A stretch of 64,000 bases of DNA from an uncultured Gemmatimonadales bacterium (GCA_963707505.1 CAVPQB010000003.1:384001-448000); one strand, 5' to 3'; positions 31,827 through 42,192 are shown, counted from the stretch's first letter. Notes: generated from the sequence alone by a model not told the origin. Program-made: numbers and translations.

Positions 31827-32951
31827 CGCCGGCCCGACGAACGTGAAAGGCTGCTGAACTAACTGCCGAACGGGATGGCCGCCGAGGCGCGCTGGAAAGA
31901 ACCGGGCTTGCGAGAGCGCCCGGACTACTGAGGCCGCGAACCGGGGATCGGTCGATGAAACAATGCCAATCGTTTCAGGCTCTGGGCGCCCCGCCGTGTC
32001 GACCACGAACTCCGCCAGGACCCGTCCGGGAACGCGCTCCTTGTAGAGAGGATCGGGGTACCAGGGCACGGCAGGAGCCGACGAGTCCGCTCGCGCCGGT
32101 ATGTCCACCTGATCGGCGGTGTACACCTTGAGACGGTCCACAAGGTCGGCGAGTTGCGCCGCGCTGAGTGATCTTTTCTTTCCTGGCTCGCCCTGGCGGG
32201 TCCAGATAACGATCGTTCCGCAAAGTATGGGACCGAGCCGGTCGACGAACTGCGGCGGTACGGTGGCGATGCTCGAGTAGACCTCGATTCCGACAATATC
32301 GCTCGGCGTCACCCAGTCCAGATCGAACTCTGCCGCGTTGGCCGGCGTGCCATCGATCCAGACCGACGGCCAGCAGGTATTGCCGCGAATGCGAACATGG
32401 GACTCGTCCGCGTTGGTCGTGCTGACCTGCAGTCCCGGAACCATCCGGAGCATGTCAGTGACCCTCATCGGCGCTCGCTCCGCAATTTCGTCGCCGGTGA
32501 TGAAATGCCCGAAGCCGAGGTCTCGTCGCTCGTAGAATCCCGCCAGATAACCTTCGTAGTGGCGCGGAAGTTTTGCGCGCACGACCACCCCGCTGAGCTC
32601 GTGCGGCACTTCCTTCATCGTCACGTCCACGTGCGTGGTCGTTCCGCTGGTGACCACAACATCGATCGACACCGGCCCGAAGCCCAGCCGCCGAACGCGT
32701 AAGGATCCCGGGCCGGGAGGGACTCCCTGGAGGATGAACCGGCCACGATCGTCGCTCTCGGCGTGGAGCGCGGTGCCGGCAACGGAGACCTTCGCTCCGT
32801 TGATTCCAATACCGACGGAGTCACGCACAGCGCCGGTGATGGTACCCTGCGCAGCGGCGTTGCGGGCCAACGCCGGCGACGCGCTCAGGATCAGGAGCGC
32901 AGGCAGGATTACAGCTGAACCATGTGAGATCCGCACGGATGACCAGTGCAT
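31821..32951 (-). CDS. Exported protein: carboxypeptidase-regulatory-like domain, TBDT plug domain and TonB C-terminal domain
   Basis: GTITGAVRD..SDDRGRF; DMLRMVPGL..IRG..IDG..IEVY; YP..GRVLAEFVVDTAG..FFPA. Confidence 0.8.
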   Translation of the reverse strand: MHWSSVRISHGSAVILPALLILSASPALARNAAAQGTITGAVRDSVGIGINGAKVSVAGTALHAESDDRGRFILQGVPPGPGSLRVRRLGFGPVSIDVVVTSGTTTHVDVTMKEVPHELSGVVVRAKLPRHYEGYLAGFYERRDLGFGHFITGDEIAERAPMRVTDMLRMVPGLQVSTTNADESHVRIRGNTCWPSVWIDGTPANAAEFDLDWVTPSDIVGIEVYSSIATVPPQFVDRLGPILCGTIVIWTRQGEPGKKRSLSAAQLADLVDRLKVYTADQVDIPARADSSAPAVPWYPDPLYKERVPGRVLAEFVVDTAGRPEPETIGIVSSTDPRFAASVVRALSQARFFPARLGGHPVRQLVQQPFTFVGPAL

Positions 32952-32971
32952 CTGAACCTCCGGAACGATGG

Positions 32972-33229
32972 CTACAACGTCTTTCCCTCGACGATCTTTC
33001 CAGTGAACGCACGAAACAACGGTGGCAGGGAGGCAAGCGCCCATACCACTTCGAGGATGATGAACCCGGCGCGCCGGTCATGGATCGCGACCCAGGCCAG
33101 CAGCCCCGATCCAACAAAGTTGAGCACATTGAATGCCGTGCCGTCGCTTCGCATCTTACCCGCCTGCAGGGACACGAATCCGAGGAGCAAGAGGGCCGCG
33201 CCGATTATCGACAGTGCCTGGTAGAACAC
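32972..33229 (-). CDS. Small membrane protein, CBU_0592-like
   Basis: GAALLLLGF..LNFVGSGLL..FIILEVVW. Confidence 0.7.
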   Translation of the reverse strand: MFYQALSIIGAALLLLGFVSLQAGKMRSDGTAFNVLNFVGSGLLAWVAIHDRRAGFIILEVVWALASLPPLFRAFTGKIVEGKTL

Positions 33230-33233
33230 CGCG

Positions 33234-33587
33234 TCAGGCCGCCAGCACGTTCCCGCACTCGGAGCAGTACGCCGCGTCACGCTCCGGGCGGGGGCCGCAG
33301 TGTGCGCAGACCACCTCGCTCGGCGGCGCCGGCTCGCCCGTGCGCATCGCGGCTACGGCACTCTGCGTGTACGACGACTTGAGCTCCGCGTAGTCGGTAT
33401 CCGAAAGCTTCCCGGTTACATGGTCGAACTCGATCTCGCGCAGCGCATCGACCGCGGTCGTGACACCAGTGCTTCGGCTGACCACCCGCGGCGCCGACTT
33501 CATTCCGAGCGGTTCCCGGAATAGTGGATACAGGACGAAGCAGAGCGCCACGATGGCAAGCACGGTTCCAACGATCATTGCGATCAT
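33234..33587 (-). CDS. CcmI-like short protein with C-terminal zinc ribbon
   Basis: TM helix, ALREIEFD..TGKLS..DY, CAHC/CSEC; coupled to ccmH. Confidence 0.7.
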   Translation of the reverse strand: MIAMIVGTVLAIVALCFVLYPLFREPLGMKSAPRVVSRSTGVTTAVDALREIEFDHVTGKLSDTDYAELKSSYTQSAVAAMRTGEPAPPSEVVCAHCGPRPERDAAYCSECGNVLAA

Positions 33588-34147
33588 GCGTCGTCCCTCA
33601 TTACTTCGCGCAAACGCTCAAGCTCTTCCGGAGTGGCATGAACGGTATCCTCTGGGATATGCGGTTTTTCCTCCGGCCGGCTCCAGTGCTTCAACAGCGC
33701 AAACACCAACACGCTGCCGGCGCCAAGCGTCACGAATGGAGCCAGATAGCCAAGCCAGTTGAAGCCTTCTTTAGCAGGCGCCATCAACACGCGCTCACCG
33801 TACACCGCGCGAAAAGCGGCAAGGATCTCCTGCGCGCCGTATCCGCCCCCAACCAGCCCCATGACGTCCACATGCATCGGCGGTGAGACAGGACACGTAA
33901 AATCAGTTGTCCTGCAAGTATAGATGTCGAGATTGCAGCCGCACTGGCAGTGAATGTGGTGTTCGAGGTCGTCCCGCTGCGCGTCGCTAAGTTGCGGGGT
34001 GGCGTTCGGCTTCGCGGGCAGTCGCACCGGCTTGTACGTGGCGGCGCTCATGTCCATGTCCATCGAATTCGCCGAGCCCTGCGCACCCGCGACGCGCGCG
34101 ACAGCGAGACTGCCCGCGACAGAAAGCAGAAACTGTCTGCGCCCCAT
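33584..34147 (-). CDS. ccmH: Cytochrome c maturation protein CcmH, variant Cys motif
   Basis: HCQCGC, YGERVLMAP, C-terminal TM. Confidence 0.8.
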   Translation of the reverse strand: MGRRQFLLSVAGSLAVARVAGAQGSANSMDMDMSAATYKPVRLPAKPNATPQLSDAQRDDLEHHIHCQCGCNLDIYTCRTTDFTCPVSPPMHVDVMGLVGGGYGAQEILAAFRAVYGERVLMAPAKEGFNWLGYLAPFVTLGAGSVLVFALLKHWSRPEEKPHIPEDTVHATPEELERLREVMRDDA

Positions 34148-34149
34148 CG

Positions 34150-36189
34150 TCATGCGCTTTCCACCGGTATAGCGTCCGGACGCAGCGTCGTCACGTATCC
34201 GCCCTGCTTTCTCCGGCGCTCAGCCTGCGGCCACATCACGATCAGACCACCGATCGCCATGCACATTCCGCCAAGCCATACCCAGCGAACCAGCGGGTTG
34301 AACGTGATTCGTATCTCCCCCGTATCCTGGCCAGTTACGCCGGCGAGTGTCACGTACACATCCTGCCTGAACGATCCCTTGATTCCAACTGCCGTCGCCG
34401 GCTCGAAGGTCGGAACGCGATTGTTCGGGTCGTTGCCGGAGAAGTACTGCCGCTTCTCACTTGTGATGACGCCCATGCGCTTGCCGTCGCGTTTTGTTTC
34501 GAGCGCTATCGCCGTTACTTCGCGATTCAGAACATCGTAGCGCGAAACACCCTGGCTCGTGAACGTCCACGTGTGCCCGAACGGATCGACCAGGGTCTTG
34601 GTATCGCCAGCGGAAATTGTAAGATCGTGTTCCGTCTTGAACGCGAGTCCGGCAAACGCGCAGAAGATGATCACCACGCCGGCATGTACGATGTACCCGC
34701 CATAACGCCGCCGATTCCGCGCGATCAGATGCACGAATGCAACGGGAACCGCTTCGTCGTACATCGAATGCCGCGCGCCAACACCCTTGTAGAACTCCTG
34801 CAGAATCGTCGCTGCGACGAAGCCCGCGAACGCGTATGCGATTATCGCGGACATGCTCCGCATTCCAGCGGCGAACAGGAGCGCCGGCACGATTACGAGC
34901 GCAGCAGCTGGAAAGGTGAACTGTCGCCGCAAGTTCGCGACAGAAGCACGCCGCCACGCAATCAGCGGACCGATTCCGGTCAGCAGCAGCAATAGCAGTC
35001 CCAGCGGAACGTTGACCGCGTTGAAGAACGGCGGCCCAACCGTGATCTTGGTGCCGCGCACGGCTTCAGTAAGAATCGGAAACAGCGTTCCCCACAATAC
35101 CGAAAACGCGATTCCAACCAGTACGAGATTGTTGTACAGGAACGCCGCCTCGCGGCTCACCATGCTCTCGAGCACTGCGTTGGCCTTGAGGTCCTTGAGA
35201 CGCGTGGTGACGAGATACACGCTCACGATGATCGCGACGCCAAGGAATCCGGCGAACCAGTTGCCGACCGGCGACTGAGCGAAAGAGTGAACGCTGGATA
35301 TCACTCCACTGCGAGTGATGAACGTCCCGAAGATCGACAGCAGGAAGGAGCAAATGACGAGCGTCACGTTCCACTTGCGCAGCATGCCGCGCTTTTCCTG
35401 CACCATCACCGAATGCAGAAAGGCAGTCGTCGTGAGCCATGGAAGCAGACTGGCATTTTCGACTGGATCCCAGGCCCAGTAGCCGCCCCAGCCGAGCTCG
35501 ACATACGCCCACCACATGCCGAGTATGATTCCCGTCGTGTTGAAGAACCAGCTGACCAGCGCCCAGCGTCGTACCGCGACAAGCCATTCAGCGTCGAGCC
35601 GGCGCGTAACCAGCGCCGCGATCGCGAATGCGAACGGAATGCTGGTCCCGACGTAACCGAGATAGAGATTCGGCGGATGGATCGCCATTCCCGGATTCTG
35701 GAGCTGCGGATTCATTCCGCGCCCATCGACCGGTAGCCAGTCCAGCCGCTCGTACGGATTCGAGCCGAAGCAGAGCGTCGCAAGGAAGAAGATCGCGATC
35801 ACGGCGAGCGTTCCGATCACGTACGGCATCAGCTCGCGATTGCGGCTGCGACTCGTCAACACGGCGAGCGACGAGAAGAAAGTGAGGATCAGAACCCAGA
35901 ACAACATCGATCCTGCCTGGCCGCCCCAGAACGCCGTGAACAGATAGGCCTTCGGCAGATTCGCGCTGGTGTACGACGCCACGTACTTGAACGAGAAATC
36001 GTGGGTGAAGATCGCCGTCCACAATCCGGCCGAAGCAAGAACCACCATCGCGAACGTCGCGTAAGTTCCGCGCTCCGCACTCGCGATGAGATCCTGGCGC
36101 TTGAGCGAGCCGCCGGCAAAAGACACGGTCGCCGTCCAGACCGCCATCAACAAGGCGACCCACAGCGACAGCTCACCAACGAGAATCAT
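34150..36189 (-). CDS. ccmF: Haem lyase CcmF
   Basis: WGGYWAWDPVEN, IHPP, SVHSF. Confidence 0.96.
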   Translation of the reverse strand: MILVGELSLWVALLMAVWTATVSFAGGSLKRQDLIASAERGTYATFAMVVLASAGLWTAIFTHDFSFKYVASYTSANLPKAYLFTAFWGGQAGSMLFWVLILTFFSSLAVLTSRSRNRELMPYVIGTLAVIAIFFLATLCFGSNPYERLDWLPVDGRGMNPQLQNPGMAIHPPNLYLGYVGTSIPFAFAIAALVTRRLDAEWLVAVRRWALVSWFFNTTGIILGMWWAYVELGWGGYWAWDPVENASLLPWLTTTAFLHSVMVQEKRGMLRKWNVTLVICSFLLSIFGTFITRSGVISSVHSFAQSPVGNWFAGFLGVAIIVSVYLVTTRLKDLKANAVLESMVSREAAFLYNNLVLVGIAFSVLWGTLFPILTEAVRGTKITVGPPFFNAVNVPLGLLLLLLTGIGPLIAWRRASVANLRRQFTFPAAALVIVPALLFAAGMRSMSAIIAYAFAGFVAATILQEFYKGVGARHSMYDEAVPVAFVHLIARNRRRYGGYIVHAGVVIIFCAFAGLAFKTEHDLTISAGDTKTLVDPFGHTWTFTSQGVSRYDVLNREVTAIALETKRDGKRMGVITSEKRQYFSGNDPNNRVPTFEPATAVGIKGSFRQDVYVTLAGVTGQDTGEIRITFNPLVRWVWLGGMCMAIGGLIVMWPQAERRRKQGGYVTTLRPDAIPVESA

Positions 36190-36228
36190 TGTAAGGAAAA
36201 GTTGAGCGCGGTCATCGCCGCGCTGTCA

Positions 36229-36651
36229 TCACGTCTGAGTGCGCGCTGGACGATCCGGCGCGTTCTCATACCGCGAGGCACACTTGGCGAGAAGCGTCGT
36301 CGCATGAAATACCTGGTCGCGCCCCAGGCGGCCCTCTACCACTACATCAACGCTGTCCGTGAACGTATCCGGCGTGATGCCACGATAGTCCACGTTGTAC
36401 GTGTGCGTCCCGTCAGTCATTCGGAACGACGTCTCGCGTCCGCCGGGCTGGCGCACGATCGAGCCACTGACAACGCGTGCTCCAACCTTGACACCCGTAT
36501 TGTAGAACGTGGGGTCGGTCGCAATCTTGCTCGAAAGCTCGGTCGGCGTCAGATAATACGTCGCCGTCTTACTGATGGAGTTCGCCATCAGATATCCGGC
36601 CACGCCGAGTATCAGCGCACCGCCAGTGAGGAATTTGGTGCTCGCTTTCAC
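36229..36651 (-). CDS. ccmE: Haem chaperone CcmE, Cys type
   Basis: YRGITPDTF, VVVEG, LAKCASRY. Confidence 0.9.
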   Translation of the reverse strand: MKASTKFLTGGALILGVAGYLMANSISKTATYYLTPTELSSKIATDPTFYNTGVKVGARVVSGSIVRQPGGRETSFRMTDGTHTYNVDYRGITPDTFTDSVDVVVEGRLGRDQVFHATTLLAKCASRYENAPDRPARTQT

Positions 36652-36762
36652 AGCGTTGAAATATATCCTCTCGTACGCCCGCAAATGGAGCGGCTAAAGC
36701 CCAAGGCGCGAATGGCCAGCGCTGCCGACCGGCCCCCCCACCGCCGCACGCCTCGGCAGCGG

Positions 36763-38016
36763 TCACAGGGACTTGAGATACTGTACCAGATCGGCCTTCT
36801 GCTGGGCGGTGAGATTCAGCGCCAGCTTGGAATTATACCGGTCCACCACATCTGCCAGCGTCGCCGCGCTTCCGTCATGGAAATACGGCGGATGCTGCCA
36901 CACTCCCTTTAGAGGCGATGTTCTCCACTGTTTGGTCGCCGTCCGCAGCGCATACGTCGGATCGGTCGGTATCTCGGATGGGGCATGGAGACGCGTGTTA
37001 CCGTCGGTAAACTCCTGGCCCACGTGACACTGCGCACATTTGCCAGCGCCGGCGAATACCACCTGCCCGCGTGCCGCCGCAGTCGCGTCGAACGACCCGG
37101 CAGGCGCGGCAGGCGCGCTCAGACTGAGCTGATATGCCTGCAGCGCAGGAAGATTCGGCTCCACGAGATTAGGCGCCGGCTGCTGCACGTTGATCCCCAG
37201 ACGCGGTTCTGAAAAATTGCCCTGTCCGTGCATCTGAGTGACGGCGACGTACCGATTCCAATATTCCAGATCCGTCCCGTCGCCAGTAAACGTCACCGAA
37301 TGCAGCCCCGCCAACCCGTACGCCGGCGGTATCACGGTGGGGCCGTTCTTCCCGTCGAAGTTGTACCGCGGGTCGTACTTTCCCGCCCCCCAAGAGTTGT
37401 ATACTGCCTTCTGGGCAGGAGTGAGCGCTCCCGACAGCGCGATGATAGCCCCCGGATTCAGGTCTCGATTTGGCCATCCGTCCAGCCTGTGGCCGATCCC
37501 GGGTGCGAATGCATCATCCACCGTCGAGTGACACAGCGCGCACGTAATTCCCACCCGCGTCAACGAGTCACGTCCGTTCACAGTCACGACCGTCCCGCGC
37601 ACGCCGACGACGGCACCCAGCTTGATGAGCGCGACCGTGGTCGCCGGACTCTTCAGGTCCACCCGCCCGGCCTGAATCGCCTGCACCAATGCCGCGGGCA
37701 GCGTATCCATGTCCACCTTGAGCCCCACCGACAACGCGGTCGTCGGATCGACCGCAGCCTGAATCACGCGCTCCATGTGCAGCGTGTCGGTCCAGAACTT
37801 CTCGTCGCCGAAGGTCTCGAACCTGAAGATCTGCTTGCCGCTCGCAACCAGCTGCGGCGACGGCGGCGGCTCCATGGGATTGCGGTCGCTGTTACAGGCG
37901 ACGACGCTTGCGCCCGACGCAGCTATAAGGAAGAGGAGCATCCAACTCTGGAACCGATCACGCGTAATCCTGCGACCTTTCGCTACTGCGCGGTTGATCC
38001 ACGATCCTGACAGCAT
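36763..38016 (-). CDS. Di-haem c-type cytochrome, putative lipoprotein (start uncertain)
   Basis: CALCH and CAQCH; lipobox-like VVAC; PPYFHDGS. Confidence 0.8.
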   Translation of the reverse strand: MLSGSWINRAVAKGRRITRDRFQSWMLLFLIAASGASVVACNSDRNPMEPPPSPQLVASGKQIFRFETFGDEKFWTDTLHMERVIQAAVDPTTALSVGLKVDMDTLPAALVQAIQAGRVDLKSPATTVALIKLGAVVGVRGTVVTVNGRDSLTRVGITCALCHSTVDDAFAPGIGHRLDGWPNRDLNPGAIIALSGALTPAQKAVYNSWGAGKYDPRYNFDGKNGPTVIPPAYGLAGLHSVTFTGDGTDLEYWNRYVAVTQMHGQGNFSEPRLGINVQQPAPNLVEPNLPALQAYQLSLSAPAAPAGSFDATAAARGQVVFAGAGKCAQCHVGQEFTDGNTRLHAPSEIPTDPTYALRTATKQWRTSPLKGVWQHPPYFHDGSAATLADVVDRYNSKLALNLTAQQKADLVQYLKSL

Positions 38017-38085
38017 GGCTCGACTCCGTTTTCGGTTTTGATCGGTCTCCAGCACGTCTCGCCAAGGGCGCTGAATGCCGATCTC

Positions 38086-38117
38086 TAAATAAGTGAAGGT
38101 TTTCCTTGACTTATTTA
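38086..38117. promoter_or_regulatory. AT-rich 14-bp inverted repeat, operator-like
   Basis: TAAATAAGTGAAGG-TTTT-CCTTGACTTATTTA with one mismatch. Confidence 0.55.
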
Positions 38118-38160
38118 TCTAACCCGATTGCCGTCGTCGCTGGGTAAGATTTTTGTCAGA

Positions 38161-38800
38161 TTATTCCGAGCCGAGGCGGCGCTGCAGTAGCGAAAGGGCG
38201 TTATCCAGCAATGCCTTGTGCCCACCGCCGTGTATCCAGCTGCTCGCACCGGATGGATGCGGCAAAGGAATTACGCTGACGTCGCGCCCGTGCAGCTCAC
38301 GAACGTGCTCCCTGCCAATCAGGACTTCCAGCGGAGCATGGCCAAGAAATCGGTCGATCGCGAGGCGCCCAACGGGGATTACCACCGCGGGCCTGATCAG
38401 CGCGAGCTCCGCGTCCAGCCAGTGGCTGCACAGCTCCTGTTCTGCGGGCGACGGCACGCGGTCGCCGCGACCACTCTTGCTCGCACCAGGATAGCAGCGC
38501 GTGATCGCGGCGATGTAAATCTGCTCGCGCGCCTCGTCTTCACTGAGCCCGGCCTGCGCCAGCCACCTGAACAGGCGTCTTGCCCGCGCGCCCTGCGAAC
38601 GGCCGCTGACTGGTTATCTCGACCTGGCCCGGCGCCTGACCCACCAACATGGCGCGCGGGCGCCGTGCCATCGATACTATCGGAATCGCTCCCGCAACCC
38701 TGTCGCCACACGCTCGGCACGCGCTCAACGCCGCGCAGTGCCGCTCCAACTTTCGTTCGAGATCGCGCCCGATGTCGCACTCGAGTAGCCCGCCAGACAT
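38161..38800 (-). CDS. Uracil-DNA glycosylase superfamily protein (indel near 38580)
   Basis: VGQAPG, PFAGRAG, LPHPSGAS, N-terminal CRAC. Confidence 0.88.
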
Positions 38801-38815
38801 TCGCGAAATAAACCT

Positions 38816-39835
38816 CTACGCCGGATCGGTGCGTCTCCGTTGACGACGGTCCGGAAAATATTCGTCCAGAAACTGAATAAGTGCACGCTCTTCGGGCGTC
38901 CGTGAGCCGCGCGCTGAGCGATGAGTGGCGGATGCCGCTAATCGTATTGTATCACCGTGGGCCAGATATCGCTCGATGACCACCGGATGCACGTACGATT
39001 CTCTGCAGATTGTCGGCGTATTACCAAGCTCAGCCGCGACGAGCCTGATTGCGGTCGCAACATTCTTCTTCGCGTCGCGCTCCGATGGCGCGGCGCCAAT
39101 ATCCGCGAGCACGGTCGCCGCGCGCAACGTTCCACCCCATGTCCGGAAGTCCTTGGCGCTGTATGGAAATCCCGCAAGCTCCTTGAGATACTCGTTGACG
39201 TCAGCGGATTCCACGTTGCGCCACGCACCATCACCGTCCTGATATCGAAACAGCCGCCGTCCGGGAACTTTCAGCAACGACTCGACGAAGCGCGCAAGAT
39301 CTCGGCTCACGACAGTCTTACGATGTCGGATCGATCGCTTGCCCACATAGTCGAAGACGATCGCGTCGCCATCAACACTGACATGTGACTTCCTCAGCGT
39401 CGTCAGACCGAACGTTCCGTTCTCCTTCGCGTATCTGTCGTTCCCGATTCGAAAGAAGCCGTCCGCAAGGAACCGGATGACGGCAGCGTTGAGTTTCTCG
39501 CGAGAGAAATCCTTTCGCCGGAAGTCCTCCGCCACGCGCCGTCGAATCGCAGGCAGATCACGCGCCATCTGCCGGACGCGATAAAGCTTCCGCCGCTGGC
39601 CACGCTTCACGGCATTCGGATGATACCGGTACTGCTTGCGACCGCGAACGTCGAATCCCCACGCCTGAATCGCCGCTCGCTCGCTCGCAGCGATATGAAC
39701 GTCGGTCCACGCGGGCGGGATCGCCAGCGCATCGATCTGCGCGGCGCGCGCAGCACTCACCGCCTTTCCCGCCGGCGTCACGTAGCTGAAACGGCCGCGC
39801 TTCCTTCCGATTCTCGAGAGCCAGGTTTGGCGCAT
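38816..39835 (-). CDS. DNA topoisomerase IB, bacterial type
   Basis: IPPAW, GRKQYRY, FRIGN, KDFRTW, LGNTP..CRESYVHP. Confidence 0.93.
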   Translation of the reverse strand: MRQTWLSRIGRKRGRFSYVTPAGKAVSAARAAQIDALAIPPAWTDVHIAASERAAIQAWGFDVRGRKQYRYHPNAVKRGQRRKLYRVRQMARDLPAIRRRVAEDFRRKDFSREKLNAAVIRFLADGFFRIGNDRYAKENGTFGLTTLRKSHVSVDGDAIVFDYVGKRSIRHRKTVVSRDLARFVESLLKVPGRRLFRYQDGDGAWRNVESADVNEYLKELAGFPYSAKDFRTWGGTLRAATVLADIGAAPSERDAKKNVATAIRLVAAELGNTPTICRESYVHPVVIERYLAHGDTIRLAASATHRSARGSRTPEERALIQFLDEYFPDRRQRRRTDPA

Positions 39836-39902
39836 GTCCGGCGATCCAAGCAAGAAGGCTGCCTTCCAGGACCGGTCGCCCAGCGGCGCTTATATTCAGC
39901 GC

Positions 39903-40685
39903 ATGTCTTCCTATGACTTTATCACCTTTGAAGTCGCCGACCGGATCGCGACGATCACGGTCAACCGGCCCGACAAGCTCAACGCGCTCAACTCGGCGAC
40001 GATCGCCGAGCTCGGCGTCGCGATCGACGACGCGCGAGTACGACAGGACGTTGGGGGCGTGATACTCACCGGCGCCGGACGCGCGTTCATCGCCGGCGCA
40101 GACATCAGCGAGCTGCAGGGACAATCGCCATTCGTGGCGAAAGGCCGCTCGCGCGCCGGACAGGAAGTTTTTCGCCGCTACGAGATGTGTCCCAAGCCCG
40201 TCATCGCGGCGGTCAACGGATTCGCGTTGGGCGGCGGATGTGAGCTCGCCATGGCGTGCCATGTGCGCATCGCCTCGGAGCACGCCAGGTTCGGCCAGCC
40301 GGAAGTGAAGCTGGGAATCCTTCCCGGTTACGGCGGCACGCAGCGGCTCCCGCGTCTCGTTGGCAAGGGACGCGCGCTGCAGCTTCTCATGACGGGCGAG
40401 ATGATCGACGCGGAGGAAGCGCTGCGGATCGGACTCGTGAATCGCGTGGTGCACGCTGCCGAGTTGATCGGAGCTGCGCAGATAATGTTGAAGCAGATCA
40501 TGCAGAACGCTCCGCTCGCGGTCGCGCTCAGCATCGAAGCCGTGGACCGTGGACTCGGCATGACGCTCGACGAAGGCCTGACGCTCGAGGCGAATCATTT
40601 TGGCTTGCTCGCCGCAACCGACGACATGAAGGAAGGTATGTCGGCATTTCTCGAGAAGCGCACGCCGGGCTTCAACGGACGCTGA
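39903..40685 (+). CDS. Enoyl-CoA hydratase (crotonase)
   Basis: AFIAGADI, GGGCELAMAC, GQPEVKLG. Confidence 0.92.
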   Translation: MSSYDFITFEVADRIATITVNRPDKLNALNSATIAELGVAIDDARVRQDVGGVILTGAGRAFIAGADISELQGQSPFVAKGRSRAGQEVFRRYEMCPKPVIAAVNGFALGGGCELAMACHVRIASEHARFGQPEVKLGILPGYGGTQRLPRLVGKGRALQLLMTGEMIDAEEALRIGLVNRVVHAAELIGAAQIMLKQIMQNAPLAVALSIEAVDRGLGMTLDEGLTLEANHFGLLAATDDMKEGMSAFLEKRTPGFNGR

Positions 40686-40727
40686 CGGAGACGCGGAAGC
40701 GTTGCCGTAACGGCTGGTCGCACACGA

Positions 40728-41841
40728 ATGGCGCTTCTCGATCGTCTCTCGATCCGCGACTTCCGCAACGTCGTACGTGCGGAGCTCACGTTTCCGGCAG
40801 AGGGTGTAGTCATCATTGGCGACAATGGCCAGGGGAAGACGAACATTCTGGAGGCGATCTACTACTTCCAGCTTCTTCGCTCCGTTCGCGGCGCGCGCGA
40901 CGCAGATCTCGTGCGCTTCGGCGCGAGTGCATTTCATCTGCACGCAACAGTTGCAACCAACGGTGAGCACGAGATCTCCGCGGCGTTCGGTCGCGGACGA
41001 AAGCGCGTAACCGCCGACGGCGCGGAGGTGAAGCGTCTGAGCGGTGCGCTTGGCTCACTTCCGGCGATCGTGATATCACCGCGCGATGTCGCGCTCGTGA
41101 GCGGATCGCCCAGCGAGCGACGCCGATTTCTGGACGTTGCTCTGGCACTCACATCGCCCCGCTACCTCAACGCGCTGCAGCAGTACCGCGCAGCGCTCAC
41201 GCAGCGAAACGCCGCATTGCGTGGAGTTGCACGCGGAGTCCAGTCCGATGAAAGCGTGGCCGCGTGGGAACCCGCGCTCGCGACCAGCGGTGCCGTTCTA
41301 CGTGGCCGAGCGGGTTGCATGGATGGATCAGCATGAGCGCGAGTACACGCGAATCACCGCCGCGATCGGCGAGCCTGAGCCGATGACCATGCGCTACGTG
41401 ACGTCGATCGCGAATCCGCGAGACGCGGCAGACGAGTTGAGCGACACGCTCGCTCGCAAGCGCACGCTGGATATCCGCCGAGGATTGACGCATGCCGGGC
41501 CGCATCGGGACGACGTTGCGCTGCAGATCGGAGGTCATGATCTGCGCACTTTCGGCTCTGGCGGTCAGCAGCGCACCGCGGCGATCACGCTACGGCTCCT
41601 CGAGGCCGAGACACTCAAGGCGCACGCCGGCACCGATCCGTTGCTGCTGCTGGACGATCCGTTCGCGGAGCTGGATGTGCGGCGCAGTGCACACATTCTG
41701 GCGTTGCTCCAGGAAGCCGTGACCGGTCAGACCATTCTGACGGTGCCGCGCGCAGGCGACATCCCGCCCAATCTGAGCCGCCTGGCGCGCTGGCACATCG
41801 CGACCGGCGCGATTGCAGCCGGGGGCGACAATGTCCAGTAA
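40728..41841 (+). CDS. recF: DNA replication/repair protein RecF (indel near 41300)
   Basis: GDNGQGKTN, GPHRDD, SGGQQR, LLLDD. Confidence 0.93.
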
Positions 41842-42145
41842 AAAGCGCACGCCAGAAAAGATCTCCGATGCGCTCAGTTTCTACCTCAAGGAGGCCGGGC
41901 TGGACGTCCGCATGGTCCAGTCCGCAGTCGTTCCGGAGTGGGCTGATCTGGTAGGGCGCGACATCGCGGCCGTGACCGAGCCTCTGTTCGTGACGCCCGA
42001 CGGATCGCTCTTTGTGGCGGTCCGGACCAACGCCTGGATGACCGAGTTGCAGCTCATGGAGCCGCAGCTCGTGCGAGCGCTGAACACCGATCCATCGCGC
42101 CCGCGGGTGCGAAAACTCCGATTCCAGTTGGCACGCCCCGCCTGA
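41831..42145 (+). CDS. DUF721/DciA family protein
   Basis: WADLVG..IA and AWMTEL; position between recF and gyrB. Confidence 0.85.
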   Translation: MSSKKRTPEKISDALSFYLKEAGLDVRMVQSAVVPEWADLVGRDIAAVTEPLFVTPDGSLFVAVRTNAWMTELQLMEPQLVRALNTDPSRPRVRKLRFQLARPA

Positions 42146-42192
42146 TTGCCGCAAGTCGTTGCCGCACAATAGCTTACAGCGTGCCGGAAAGG

